A stretch of 64,000 nucleotides of DNA from Podarcis vaucheri (taxonomy: Eukaryota), in the NCBI GenBank assembly GCA_965113315.1, contig OZ220373.1. One strand, 5' to 3'. The position numbers were made by a program, and so were the translations under genes. Below are positions 22,201-37,200 of this stretch, piece after piece (position 1 is the stretch's first letter; each line of letters opens with the position of its first letter). The notes below the pieces were generated by a model that saw only the letters and a list, made by a program, of their open reading frames with translations, searched no databases and was not told the origin of the DNA.

Positions 22201-25200
22201 GAGAGCTATTTCAGGATGGAGGGGCAGCAGAGAACTTGCAGCAGCTTCTCCAAACTAAAAGGTTGCCACGAGTGTTTGAGGGGAGGTCGTGATGCTTAAC
22301 CTGGGATAAAGTGGGAACAGGGTAAATAAAGCAGCTAGTCCTGGTTATTAGAGGCAGGTTGGAAAGCACCCTTGTGAGATACAGTGGTGCCCCACAAGAC
22401 GAAATTAATTCGTTCCGCAAGTTTTGTCGTCTAGCGAATTTTTCATCTTGCGAATCACGAAATCCCATAGGAATGCATTGAAATTCAATTAATGCGTTCC
22501 TATGGTCAAAAAAAGTCCAAACAAAGCCAAATTTGGTACAACAACAGTTTATTAACTGCTCTTTAAAGTCACACATTTTGTAAAGAGCAGTTCAAAAATT
22601 GAAGGGAAAATAAATTAACTTTATAAACAAAACATGTCTTTGTTTTTAGACAAAGGAAACAAAGTCGCGAGACGTTTTCGTCTTGCGAAGCAAGCCCATA
22701 GGGAAATTCGTCTTGCGAGGCAAATCGAAAACGGAAAAACCTTTCGTCTAGCGAGTTTTTTGTCTTGCGAGGCATTCGTCTTGCGAGGTACCACTGTAAT
22801 AGGAATATAATTAACAATAGGATCAAACTGTCTTCAGTACAGGCACTTGCGATTTGACTTGTGCACCAAAAAGCTTGAATTAAAGTACCTGTCTTATTGT
22901 TTGTGCCATGCTAACAGTAAATACTTGTGTGGGACTCCTTGTTTCAACTTCAGACATCAGACTGGGAGGATGCATCCAGACAAAAATAAGTGTAGCTTTT
23001 CCAAAGCTTGCTACATAAACACCTAATAGAATTCTAATGAATACAAATTTGTTTCTTTATCTTACAGATTAAATAGTGCTTTTGGTTCTGTTCGGCCTCT
23101 CAGTATTCAGTCCCTTGGTAGTTCCTGTCATTCATTGGGTGGTGCTGAGCAACTCCTATTTGATATCTTGGCCTTGGCAATTGGTGTCTCTCAAGCATAT
23201 GAAACAAAAAAAGTTAAACCAACAGTACGTGGCAACCCATAACAATTCCATAATAATTATTGGGAGAGCACCAAAGTAAGACCTTCAGTTTTCCGTGGCT
23301 AGGGTAAAGAGGTGTATCTTCAGCAACTGATGGAGGCTTTAAAGAGTTGGTGCTGTGTGTGCCACATTTTTTTTTGGGGGGGGTAACTAATAAGAAAGCT
23401 GTCACAAGCTGCACCTCCTGTGAACTTATGAGAGTAGTGGAATATATTTTTTTATAATTTATTAGTTTCCACAAAAAACAACAAAATCATTACATTAAAA
23501 CCCACCATAAAATAAAACATTTATAACAACTATATACTCAATCAATATTAAATCCACTTTGTGGGATTACTTGAATCCTCCGACTTCCCTCTAGCCTTCC
23601 CTTGGTTCCTTTGTATTATCTTCATTCATGCATGTCTATAAAATCTTTATCTCTTAGTTACCTCCAAATTTAAACATTGTCTATCACATTACAAGTGGCT
23701 TTTTTAAAAAAAATCCTGCTAATATATTAACTTGCATACATTGCTTATGCAATAAACATTTCCCATTTTTTATATCTGTTGTCATCTTGATTTCTAAGTT
23801 TCCCAGTTACTTTTGTCATTTCTGCATACTCTTTTAACTTAGTTTGCCAATCCTCCTTGGTAGGGACTACTTCCTTCCCGCGTTAAGCTAGCAGTATCCG
23901 AGCTGCCGTTGTCGCATACATGAACAAATGATTGTATTCTTTAGGTAGATCCATTACTGTAATACCTAATAAGAAAGCTTCTGGTTTTTAAACAAAAGTT
24001 ACTTTAAACATTTTTTTCAATTCATTATATATCATTTCTCAAATTTTAAAAATAACCTTACAACGCCACCACATATGGTAAAATGTACCTTCTGCTTCTT
24101 TACATTTCCAACACTTACTTTCCCTTGTTTTATACAATTTAACCAATTTAGCCAGTGTTAAATACCACCTATACATCATTTTCATATAGCTCTCTTTAAG
24201 TAAGGTACAGGCCTTAAATTTTATATCATTCTTCCATGTCTTTCCCAATCTGTCATCTGCATATTATGTCCCACATAATTTGTCCACTTTATCATAACAC
24301 ACTTGACCTCTTCATTCTTAGTTTCCTATTGCAACAACATATTGCATATTTTTGATAATTTAATACCACTTTCTATTATTTCTCTCTGGAAATTTGAAAT
24401 TTCATAGGTGAATCCTTTCTTTTTATCATGTTTTAATACTTCATTTACAGTGGAGACTCCGGATACGAACTTAATTCGTTCTGGGGATCCGTGCGCAACC
24501 CAAAAAGTCAGCAACAAGAGGTGCCGCTTCTGTGCATGCGTGTGATAGAGCACTTCTGCGCATGCTCAGAAGCGGCGCCTCTTGTTGCCGACTTTTCGCG
24601 TTGCACACGGACCACCAGAACGAGCGCTTCTGTGCATGCGCGCGCGGCGAAAGGGTGTGCTCCGTTTGCAACCTGAAAATTATGTTACGCGAAGGTAACG
24701 TAACCTGAGGTACTACTGTAATTGGAAATATAGTGGCCAGTCTGTTCCCTTTCATTTTTTTTCTATGTAGGACTTTATTATAATATGATTTACAAACGGT
24801 TGGGGTTCTTTGCCTGAAAATCCTTCACAGAATGACAAACCAATAATTTTGTCTCTCTAGAAAGGAAGCAGGATAAACTGCTTGCCAGAACAGCTTTTGG
24901 ATGACCCTCACTTTCTGATTTCAACTTAAGTTCCTAGTCATTCAGGGCTTGATATGTTAACAGACTCTTGAATTGGGCTCAGTAGCTTACTGGCAGCCAC
25001 TGGAGTGTTGGTGTTTGCCACACCTGGCTTATTTTAGGTTTCAGAAGCTGTAACATCTTATGGTAAGAATGAGAACCACTTCACATATCAATAAAATGGG
25101 GACTAGGGTGCGCCAGTGCCATGTCTTATAGCTTGTTAGAGTGACACTTCTCTTTTTAAAATTTTGTATCCCGTTCATCCACACTGCAGAAATCATTGTA

Positions 25201-28200
25201 TGGACACACACACACACACACACACACACTGTACTAGAGCTAGCACCTGTCTGCAGTCANNNNNNNNNNNNNNNNNNNNNNNNNNNNNNNNNNNNNNNNN
25301 NNNNNNNNNNNNNNNNNNNNNNNNNNNNNNNNNNNNNNNNNNNNNNNNNNNNNNNNNNNNNNNNNNNNNNNNNNNNNNNNNNNNNNNNNNNNNNNNNNNN
25401 NNNNNNNNNNNNNNNNNNNNNNNNNGATAATGATCAGTGCACTTGACTAATGCTCAACATATTTCACTCCCAACATTCAAAGGAATAAGGAATATAGTTA
25501 AATCATCCACTTAAATCCATAGGACCTTAACAGGGCAGTGCTTTATTGCGAGAATCTGAGGTGTAGAAAAAGCCAGAGTCCTGCTGCCCAATGCACAAAG
25601 GCAAATCACGGGAACAGGAGGGCTTTGGAGCCAGTTTCCCTAATATGACCCCAGGACACTCCCTCCCATTAAACAAGATGTTTCAGTGCCTGCAATAGAG
25701 AAATTTGGAGGGTGGACCTCTGAAGCTCCACTCTGTTCTGTCTCCTGGGATGCCCTTCCAAGAACAGGACTACATTCTGAATTAGATAGTTTTGATTTAA
25801 TTGTTGCTGCATATGTTTGCTTTGGTTGCATGGTGGGATGTACAGAACTCATGTATTTCTTATACAAGTAACTATATAAATGTACAATTAAAAATGGTCC
25901 CAAAGTAGGAATCCTCAGTGGGTTTACAATACTGATATAGAACTTCAGTTTAATTTTGTTTATATTTGTTTCTGATGTTCATTCTGGGTTTTTTTAAATT
26001 CTAGCATTAATATGCATGAAAGAGTCAATCGTGCAGAAAGACAGTTCAGATCCCTTCCAGCCATTCAACAGAAATTGCTTCCTCAATTCCTTCCTCATCT
26101 TGACAAGATTCGGAAATGTATTGACCATAATCAAGGAATCTTGCAGACAGTTGTGAATGACTGCACACACATGTTTGAAAATAAAGAATATGGTGATGAT
26201 GTATGTATAAATTGTACTTCAATACCAACTGTTTGCTACTTCCCCTCTTTTATCAGCTTTATTTATTATCTCATCATAAATGTGTGTTTTCTTTTTTATA
26301 ATTAATGTATGTTTTATAGAGGGATGGGGAACCTGTAGCCTTCCATATCTTGTTGGACTCTTAACTTCTGTCATTCTCAGCTAGCGTTTTCAATGGCAAG
26401 AAATAACGTTAGAAACTCAAATGTATAATCTAATCGCCGAATGGCACCTCAAACCTAGATTATGGTTGCCGCAATGGAATGTCTAGGTGCCATATTTTTT
26501 TTAACAATGAAGTTTATTGATGTTGTTGCTAATGTCATTTCTGTACCGCTTTAGATTTTAAATAACAAATCTCAAAGCAGTTGACAACACATTAAAACAT
26601 CAAATGAAACCAGAATAAAACAAATTCAAGCTTCAAGTAAAATATCTCAGATCCTTCTCTAAGAGACATTTTGCTAACCCAGTTGCCAGCCTGGCATCCA
26701 GAGACCTCCATGAGGTTGCAATTGGACCTCCGCCAGTTGCATAACACACCTGGCTAGTTTCTAACACTGGTAAGAAATTATGCGAATTGGAGTCCAACAA
26801 AATCAGGAGGGCCACAGGTCCTCTTTCCCTATTATGCTGGGTTAATCAGTTATGAATATTATTCTTGTTCCTTGATACATATTAAATCATTTGATTAGAC
26901 CACTTGATGGTTGTGTCCAGCGTTAGTAACTATATTTTTACAGTTGAATACGCATAAAATTTCAGTCTTTGTAAATTAACTATTATTGCACATTTATTGT
27001 ATCATTTGGGCTGTATCACTTACCTCATAATTCATTTTAAATGCTTCTTTTCCTTGCAAGAGCTTTTCTTTGATTTCACAGACTACATATAATTTTAAAT
27101 GGCTCAAGTTCAAACTTCTCAGTGAAGTCTCGCAGTGTGTGGAAGAAGCCCTCACTGAGATAAAATATGCAGTTTCCATGCTAGCTTAGCCTTCCACAAG
27201 CATTACTAGTCCATATATAGTTTCCACAGGCCAATTTGCCCATATTTCTCTGTTCTCAACCAGTTTAGAAAGGCCTCTGCTTGTTTGCCTAGAACAGACT
27301 CTTACTTGCCATGTGTAGTGAAGTAAGGGGCTATTTATGTCTATGTTTACCCCCACATCTTTCCTATTTCACTTAATAAAGGTCCTGCTTTCTATAAAGA
27401 AGTATATTCAGAGAATGGTATGCTAAGGGTGTGGGACGCGGGTGGCGCTGTGGGTAAAAGCCTCAGCGCCTAGGGCTTGCCGATCGAAAGGTCGGCGGTT
27501 CGAATCCCCGCGGCGGGGTGCGCTCCCGTTGTTCGGTCCCAGCGCCTGCCAACCTAGCAGTTCGAAAGCACCCTCGGGTGCAAGTAGATAAATAGGGACC
27601 GCTTACTAGCGGGAAGGTAAACGGCGTTTCCGTGTGCGGCTCTGGCTCGCCAGAGCAGCGATGTCACGCTGGCCACGTGACCCGGAAGTGTCTCCGGACA
27701 GCGCTGGCCCCCGGCCTCTTGAGTGAGATGGGCGCACAACCCCAGAGTGTCAAGACTGGCCCGTACGGGCAGGGGTACCTTTACCTTTACCTTTATGCTA
27801 AGGGTAGATGTGATGTTTTCGCGCTTACTTCATTTATGATTCAGTTATTCAGATAGATGAGCCTGGAGGTGAGAAGGAAAAGGCATATCAACTAACTGCC
27901 CAACAGTGTAGCATTGTGAATAACAATTGTTGATTTTCTGGTTTTACACTTTTCTCAGGAAAATGGAAAAATTACACCAGCTTCAACTTTTGATATGGAT
28001 AAATTAAAGTCCACCTTGAAGCAATTTGTAAGAGACTGGAGTGAAACTGGGAAACCAGAGAGAGATTCCTGCTATCAGCCAATCATTAATGAAATTGTAA
28101 AGAACTTTCCAAAAGACAGATGGTAAATCATTTTTTAAAGATGTATTTGAAAGGAAGGTATGCACAAGAATGCATTTGTTGCCAATGATCTTTAAACTGG

Positions 28201-31200
28201 GGAAAAACTATAAAACTGTTAGAATTGATCTTTGAAAATGTCCATGTTAGCTGCACAAGGAGAAGTTATAATAAACTTTGGCACACCTTACTAATATGAT
28301 TTTGCTCAAAATGTTAAGGTTCAGCAGTTCAAAATTATGGCTGCACAGACAACACTCCAATTAGGTTGGATTAGCACCAAGAAAACTTAATGCATACTAT
28401 TTATATTTTATCATGTGGAAGAACATGTTAGATATAAAAGTCTGATTTGGCTAATATTTTGATGTGGGGTTCTACAATCAGAAGGACTTAATGGCTATCT
28501 AATCTAGTCCTCTTTTCTAAAATAGAATAAGTACAGTGTACCACAAGTGGAGAACAGATACACTATTGGAAGATATTTATATCATCAGTATCTAAATAAA
28601 TATTGCAGGAGATGAGGCTACACATTGGAGGAGAAGCTGAAAGCTATCCTTAAAGCAAAATAGAATAATTAAAGAAACACTATAATTCACATAATATTTT
28701 TTATTTTTTGCTCTTTATTTCCATAAATGTGAGGTCTGATTACACTGGTTATAAATAGCTAGCAATATTATAGCATTGGTTTCCTTACAGAATCAAAATG
28801 GCATTTCAGTCATGATTCAGAGTGCCTCTTCTAAGTTGTCACTTGGCTCTCTTGACAGAATTCCATTTACAACAATGGTGGGCTAGTCCGAAATAACCAG
28901 CCATCTCCAATCTCACTTTTAACTTAGCTTGCAGTCAGTGTTGCTGCATTACCTAACAAACAAGAGTTTTAAAGAAGATAAACGCTCAAAAGCTCATTCA
29001 AAATATAACATGAATACCCTTCCCTTGTTAGATTCAAGGCATTCAAGAATGTCTTCAATTGTAGAAAAATATACGGTAAGTTTTTATACATCTAAATAAA
29101 AAGGTGTTTTCCTTTGTTCTAAATAATCACATTCTCCCCCAGCTTAGTTGAAAATGGAATGTTTCCAAATATTTGGTAATTTAAGTTGTGCAGAAATGCT
29201 TATAGATGAAGATCAGCATTGTACATTTTCTGTCCTCCTACAATGTACTCTTTTTGTTGTTGTTGTTCTATTTTATAAATTTACTGAAATTTGACCTTTT
29301 TGGCCTACACTAATGTTCTGTTAAAACTGTTTGTACACAGTTAATAGTAAATCTATAGTAATTAGTTTTACAAATAATGTAACTTATTTATATTATACTG
29401 GTAAATAAGCTGGATTGAAAGTGGAAATAAGTTTAAGGCTTCTTTTTTTGAAACTCTTGAATTTGTAATGAAATTAGAAAATTAGAAAAGATGTAGATGT
29501 TTTATACAAAACAGTCCTGTGCATGTTTGCCTAAGTAAGACGCATGGTCTTCAGTGGGACTTATTATCTAGTATGTGTGTTTAGGATAGCAGCCTTAAAA
29601 CATCCTTTGACCAGGATGGCCAGTGGTTAGGAATGATGGAGATGCAGTCCTGCAACATTTTGGGGACACCATGTTGGCTGCATGTAACTTAGAACATGCC
29701 TCCAAAGACAATAATCAAATGCTTAAACTACTTTCAGGACTTTGGGATACAGGTAAAGTATTTGTGTTTGCAACAGATTAGCAAATTTGTATTGTTAAGA
29801 CTTGCAACTGAATAAGATTTGTCTTGGTGGTTTATAGAATAAGAATGATTATTTGAGAAGTCATCCATCAGAGCTAATTGTGTAGGTAAAATCCAAACAG
29901 CAGCAGTAAAAATACATTTACTGTAATCAGCTGAAAGTCATAATGTAGTGACAAAGGTCCCACTGCACTTTAGTATAGCCTTACTGGACCTGGTACTCTG
30001 TAGATGTTTTGGACTACAATTCCCATCACTCTAGCCAGCACAGCCATATAATGCTGGGGCTGCTGAGAGTTTATAGTTGTAGTCCAAAACCTCTGGAGTG
30101 CAAGAAGTTGCTGAAGGCTGCTTTACTACAGTCTGCGATCAAAGAAACAATGGTTTCTCCCCCTTTTGAAAATGAAGCCAGTAGTCAGAACATTCAGGTC
30201 CTTTGTGGGATAGAGAACAGAAAGATAGAAAGCATTGAAATTCACGTAGGAGGAGATCTGGAGATATTAGGTAAATATAAACCAAATTTAATATTATTTA
30301 TCTGCTAAATAATGTGCTAATTTGGGAAACAGCACAAATTATCCATATAAATGTGATCAAACACCTGCAATATGTAAAAACCCTTGACAGGGCTATTCAT
30401 TCTATCAAATATATTTATTAAAGGATTAACAATTATTTTTGTTGTGTTACAGGGATCTCTCCAAAGTTAATATCCTGGTACCTGGTGCTGGGCTAGGTAG
30501 ATTGGCCTGGGAAATAGCTATGCTTGGTTATACTTGTCAAGGAAATGAATGGAGCCTCTTTATGCTCTTTTCTTCTAATTTTGTACTCAACAGGTACTTA
30601 AACTTGTTTTCAGTTGTTGATTGCTTCTTTATACATGTAGTTCTGTATTTATATCTCTGCTTTGGCCAATGTCAGACTTCTTTAAACCACAATTTCCCAT
30701 TATTTTTGAATTGGGAAACTGTTGATCAATCCATGCTTATTAACTACGAAATGATAATGGTTTCCTATCCAGGTTAATAAGCAGAGGTTAAACTACAGTT
30801 CTCCAGAGCTTGGAAAAAATAACTGGAAACTGTGTAATGTGTAAGCAACCCACCATATCAGCGTGAAAACTGGGAGCGCAAGGAGAGGAGGACAGGAGCA
30901 GGGCAAGGAGGGAGGATATAGGCATGTAGTTCATTCTAGGGTCCATCCTTTTATCAGCCAAAATTCATTATGTCTGGATCAAGCTCCTGTGTGTACATGT
31001 TTATAAATCAGTAGACGGAACTGCTAAAAACGTGACATTGAAAAACATTTTATACTTTATTCATTTATGTACATAATTTATACCGTGACTTGAAAAAAAT
31101 ACTAAGTTGGTCCCTGGCCTTAGGCTCACAGTCTAAAAAGACATGACACACAAGGAAAAAGCAATAGGAGGGAGGAGGGGAAAATAAATCTTGGGGAGGG

Positions 31201-34200
31201 CGTATAACTTCAGGTATGAATCTGTACACACATAGTTATAATGATTTGAATAATTTGAAGATAGGTTCATGAGGAGGAAGCATGCTGGAGAACTGCATTA
31301 CCTGCAAGCTATCAAAACTTTAATTTTAAAAAATGTTAATAGGATTAACAACTAACAAAAATTAAAGCTAACCTCAATCTATTGCTTTAAGAATCTTAGA
31401 ATTTACTACATTTTGAGAGGTAGAACCAGACTTTTAAATGGTGAATGGTTTGTCTGATTGCTTCTTTTGTAACTCTTTATAATATCTTGTTAATGAATAA
31501 TGGACCTTCAGGATGATGTTAAATTAACTACCTCTAAAATGCAGATTGACACTCCCTATCAACTTGTGTTACTGAAAGTCAAACTAAAAATTTTAAGCTT
31601 TGCATTTTTTACAAGATTCTTTTGTGAGTGGCAAGGTGAAATTGTTGTTTTGATAATCATATGTTACAGATGCTCTGAAACTAATTCATACAAACTATAT
31701 CCCTGGATACATCAGTTTAGCAATAACAAGAGATCTGCTGATCAGATACAGCCAGTTTATTTCCCTGATGTTGATCCTCACAGTCTTCCTCCTGATGCAA
31801 ACTTTTCTATGACAGCGGGAGATTTTCAAGAAATCTACTCTGAGTGTAGTAAGTAAGAAAAAAATAACTAATATTCAGACGATAAAATTTATGCTGTTTG
31901 CCTCTCCTTAAGAGAAAAACTGTAAAACAAAACTGATTATGTGACAGATACAACTGTGTTTTATTAAGTATTTTAATGCAAAGAAAAATCTGTCCTTATG
32001 TTGTAAAATAATTTTCTACTTTTTTTAAAAAAAAAAACTTTAATATGCCTTCCCCTGTAAGTTTATCTTCTTTAAATGTTTGTTTCCCCTGATTCAAAAG
32101 TTAAGAAGGTGAAATTGTTTACTGGAAGTTACTAGAAACATGCACAGATTGTTGTTTTTAGTTAACTGACTTGCTACAGAGGTTGTAACTGAAGATTAGG
32201 TGTGACCTATTCTTCACTGAGAGTAAGCAGGGCATATTCAGTAAGCAGTGAACATGTGCTTAACCTCTTGATGAGAGGCTGCAGCTAGAATCACCGCTGA
32301 TCTTAGAAAATTTTGGCTGCCCTTGCTGTGCATTTTCATGTCCTAGACCAGCTCTCTTGTCTGAATACAAAGTCCATCTAATACCAAGGTCTAGAAGTCA
32401 AATTAATATTTTGTAAAAGGGACTTTGCTTCAAGATTACTTCTAAATGATTTACTTCTGTATCATTGGCAGTGTTAGCATATCATTTGAAACCATGGTTT
32501 AGTGTAGAGGTTACCAACCCTTGTGGCTCATTGAACTTAAGAATGTAAGAGAAGCCTTCTGGATCAGGCGAGTGGCCAGTCTAGTCCCACACCCCATTCT
32601 CACAGTGGCCAGCCAGATGCCTGTGGGAAACCTGAAAGCTGGACATGAAACAACAGCATTCTGCCCACCTGCAGTTCCCAGCCGTGATAGCCTTTCTCTC
32701 CATGAATTTGATGTGCAAATGTGGCATTTTTGTACAACTAGAGGGAGTTTTTTGGCCAGGGCTAGCCAACGTGCCTTCCCCCCAAGATTTGAACTACTGT
32801 TCCCATCAGTTTAATGGGCCATTGGTCAGGGAAGATGAGAGTTAATGCTGAAAATACCTGGAAGACAGCCATGTTGGCTATCTCTGTCTTAGGCCCAACG
32901 GAACAAAAAGCAATAAAAAGTGAGTCATAATGTGAGATCGCCTCAGTTTCTTCTGGAGGCATGAATATATGGTTCAGTTATGTGTGACTCCCCCACTCCC
33001 TGCAAAAAAGCTGCTCCTCTGGAACACTGATGCACTGCAAAGGGTTGCAGCTGGGGAAGGAAGATGGAGACGGAGGAACCTCCACTAAGCCAGGGGAAGT
33101 GCTTTTCTGAAAGTATCTCTCAGTTCCAAACGTGCAGGTAACAATGAGCAATAAAATATTTAAAGCTAGATTACTTTCTGTCTTTATACAGATATATGGG
33201 ACTGCATAGCAACCTGCTTCTTCATAGACACGGCACATAATGTCATAGACTACATTGACACAATATGGAAAATACTCAAACCAGGAGGAATATGGATCAA
33301 TTTAGGTAACTTGCTATTTTGTTGAGTAATTGTAGCAGAAAAAACTAACGTTCGAACTAGAGTTTGTACAACTAAGGAGAAAAACTCAGCTTGATCTGTT
33401 CTTCTTGAACTAAGTGGATTTTAAATATTAGACTTTTTCTCTTTTAATGCCAATCCTTTTCGTCAAAATTTTCTCTAAAATTGGACCCACACAGATTCAA
33501 CAAAAAGGATGCCAATGAGCATATGAGGTTTGGACTTGTTTGTTCCATCCCGCAGGGGTTGGGGACCCATTCAGATAGTCTGCTCCTGGAGACTAATGGA
33601 ATTCTTTTGGTGGATAGAGTGGGCCAAGCTTAAAGGTTCTGCTGTTACTATATGAAGCCCTAAGCAATTTGGAATCAGCCTACTTGAGAGACTTTCTTCT
33701 CTGTTATTGACCTGCCTGGTCACAGAGATCATCTGAAGAGTTCTTCCACCATCCAGGTGTTGTTATATGCTCCTGGGGTTTTTTTGGGGGTTATTCAGAG
33801 CAGGGCCTTTAGTAAGGTGGCACCCTCTGTGGGAAACATTCCTTCGAGAGCCAGTGTGGTGTAGTGGTTAAGAGCGGTCGTCTCATAATCTGGGGAACCG
33901 GGTTCGCATCTCCGCTCCTCCACATGCAGCTGCTGGGTGACCTTGGGCTAGTCACACTTCTCTGAAGTCTCTCAGCCCCACTCACCTCACAGAGTGTTTG
34001 TTGTGGAGGAGGAAGGGAAAGGAGAACGTTAGCTGCTTTGAGACTCCTTAAAGGGAGTGAAAGGCGGGATATCAAATCCAAACTCTTCTTCTTCTTCTTC
34101 TTCTTCTTCTGCATTTTAGACATTCACTGATGATTTTCAGGTTTTTTAAAATAAACATCTTTGTTTATACAAGTCTTCCAGAGGAGCGACAGCAGCCACA

Positions 34201-37200
34201 TTTTTTATTTTGACCATGGTGGATTCCACTAGCTTTTCATAGTCTGTGTTTCTTAAAAAAATCATACCCTGCTTTGGAATCTTTTTAAATGTTAAGTAGT
34301 TTATAAGTATAAATAAAACAATTAAAAACAAAATCTAGATTTATAATGTAGTATTAAGATGCATTCAGTTCTGTCCTTGATCTACAGTAGTTGTTTTAGG
34401 GTTGGCAGAATTTATGAGTGTGTATCCGATACATTTGACAAGTTAATTTTACCGACCTTTTCATTGTATCATAGGTCCTCTTCTTTACCATTTTGAAAAT
34501 TTAGCAAATGAATTATCTATTGAGTTAAGCTATGAAGATATAAAAAGTGTTATATTGCAATATGGATTCCATATAGAGGTAAGTATTTTTCTGTTATATT
34601 AGCACACTAAGAATAATCTAAAACATTCGCTATTAGATTTCAGATACAGTGGTACCCCGCAAGACGAACGCCTCGCAAGACGGAAAACCCGCTAGACGAA
34701 AGGGTTTTCCGTTTTGGAGGCGCTTCGCAAAACGAATTTCCCTATGGGCTTGCTTCGCAAGACGACAGCCCATAGGGAAATCTCCGGGACAGCGGGGAAG
34801 CGCAGCGCGTCTTCCCCACTGTCCTTGGACCTCCTCCGAAGCCTGGCGGCGGGGCGGGGACACCTCCTCCCCCCGCCGCCGGGCTTCGGAAGGCTCCTCC
34901 GAAGCCGGGCGGTGGGGCGGGAACACCTCCTCCCGCCGCCCGGCTTCGGAACGATGCTCCGAAGCCGGGCGGCGGGGCCGCGAAGCCTGGGCGCGCTGAT
35001 CTCAGCGCGCGCAGGCTTCGGCGTGCTGGCAACTCTCTGCAAGCAGCGGGAGAGGTCCGCGAAGCCTGTCCAGGACAGCTTTTGAAGGCGGGGGGGGGAG
35101 CAAAGACTTTTGCCCCCCGCCCGCCTTCAGAAGAGGTCCTGGACCTCTTCTGAAGGCTGGCGGGGGGCAAAAGTCTTTGTCCCCCCTGCCTGCCTTCCCA
35201 GGGGTTTTAAATCGCCCCGGACAGCGGAGAAGTCCTCCGCTGTCCCGGGGCGATTTTAAAATGCCGCCCGCCAGCATTTTAAGATCGCCCCGGACAGCGG
35301 AGAAGTCCTCCGCTGTCCCGGGGGTTTTTTAAATGCTGCGGGTGGGAAGAAAAGCCCTTGTCCGTCCCCCCCCCCCCCCCAGCCTTCAGAAGAGGTTGGG
35401 GACAGACTGTCCCTGGACCTGGTCTGAAGGCGGTTTCCATAGGAACGCATTAATTGATTTTCAATGCATTCCTATGGGAAACCGTGCATCACAAGACGAA
35501 AAACTCGCAAGACGAAGAGACTTGCAGAACGAATTAATTTCGTCTTGCGAGGCACCACTGTAGTGCCCCACCAAATTTTGTCTTCCGTCAGCCCTGTGTC
35601 ATTAAGATGCGCTTTCAGTCATCACAAATACTAGTACTGATATCGGGTGTTCAAGTGCCTATCAGTTTGGCCCCAAAACACCGCAGCCCAAAATAAGGCA
35701 GTGCTTTCTGCATAATGGATGCAGCTGCTTTATCCATATTATGCTGGTGTTGAAATATCTGGGTTGGCTGCCTGTTAGCTACCAAGCCAAGTTCCAGGTT
35801 TTGTTGTAGAAATTTAAAGTCCTAAAAAAACTTGGGACCAGGATTTTTTAATGTTCCCGTATCTTTTTTATCCTTATTATTGCCCTGCTATTTGTTGTTT
35901 TAAAACAATAAGACAATTTGGCTTTTGATGTATTGCTGCCTTTTAATCTTTGGGTTAGATCCAAATTTAGTCACACATAGGGTGGACCCACTGAAACCAA
36001 TAGGACTTAAAATTATACCGTATTTTTTGCACCATAACACTCACTTTTTTCCTCCTAAAAAGTAAGGGGAAATGTCTGTGCGTGTTATGGAGGGAGTGCC
36101 TACGGGTTGCATGCCTACGGACTTTCCTCCTCTAAAAACTATGTGCATGTTATGGTCAGGTGCGTGTTATAGAGCGAAAAATACGGTAATTACTAACTTA
36201 AATCCTGTTGATTTCATTGGGTCTGTGCTAAGCATGGCTAAGTCTGGATCCATACAAACATAAGAAAAGTAGGCCGGGGCAATGTATCAATACATTGCTC
36301 AGGGCTGGTGTGAGGGGCAGACTGTGAAACTGGCGTCGCTCCTGTGTCCCTCTGCTACCCGTGCTGCTGGTAGTAAAGGGACTCTGCTTTCAACATTGGG
36401 CTGCTGGTAGTAAAGGGACTCGGGAGCAAACAGCAGGGACATTGAGCCTCGCCCAGCTGAGGAGTGGGAACTTACTCGCCCCCCAGCTGAGTAATGCAAA
36501 CAAGTTGTGTTGTCCCAGCCCTCAGGGTGCTGGGGTGGAAGCACCTCTGTTCCTGCAGTGAGAGCTGCGGCAGTTTCACCCCACACCTCGCAGGCTGGGC
36601 CAAAGCAGCTTCTTGTTTCAGCACTGTGCTGTATCGTCAGATCCGTGATATTTGGCTGGTGATACAATGCGATATTGAAAATCTGACATTGCCCAGCCCT
36701 AAAGAAGTGCCTGCTGGATCAGGCCAAAGGCCCATTTAGTCCAGTATCCTGTTCTCACAGTAGTCAACCAGATACTTGTGCGAAATCGGGGAGCAAAACA
36801 AGAGCTGAAGAAAACATTTTTTTAAAATATATTTATATTTCATTTGTTTTTGTACCTATTGGGAATTCTATTGAAGGGAGGTATACAGTGAGGGGAGAAA
36901 GTATGTGATCCCCTGCTAAATTTGCCCATTTGCCCCCTGATCTTGCATGGAGCCCTAGACTGAGGGAGGTTGACATTTTGTTTTCCTTCCATTTGCGAAT
37001 TATTGTACCAACTGTTGTCACCTTCTCACCAAGCTGCTTGGCAATAGTCTTGTAGCCCACTCCAGCCTTGTGCAGGTCTACAATCTTGTCCCTGACATCC
37101 TTGGACAGCTCTTTGGGCTTGGTCATGGTGGCTACTTTGGAATCTGCTGGATTGATTGCTTCTGTTGACAGGTGTCTTTTGTATAGGTACTGTAACGAGC

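Noticed and set aside
21076-22299. Long ORFs around the CARNMT1 promoter
   Set aside because: GC-rich artefacts, except the 3' part of 21401..22060, which is exon 1.
25141-25446. ORFs spanning X residues
   Set aside because: Artefact of the N gap and the CA repeat.
31849-31857. Tandem donors gtaa/gtaag after CARNMT1 exon 5
   Set aside because: A common by-product of the donor consensus; only the first keeps the frame, and there is no evidence the second is used.
34633-35563. Repeat-spacer-like pattern and ORFs suggesting a CRISPR-like array or gene
   Set aside because: Eukaryotic intron; the repeats are MITE subterminal motifs and internal palindromes without regular unique spacers.
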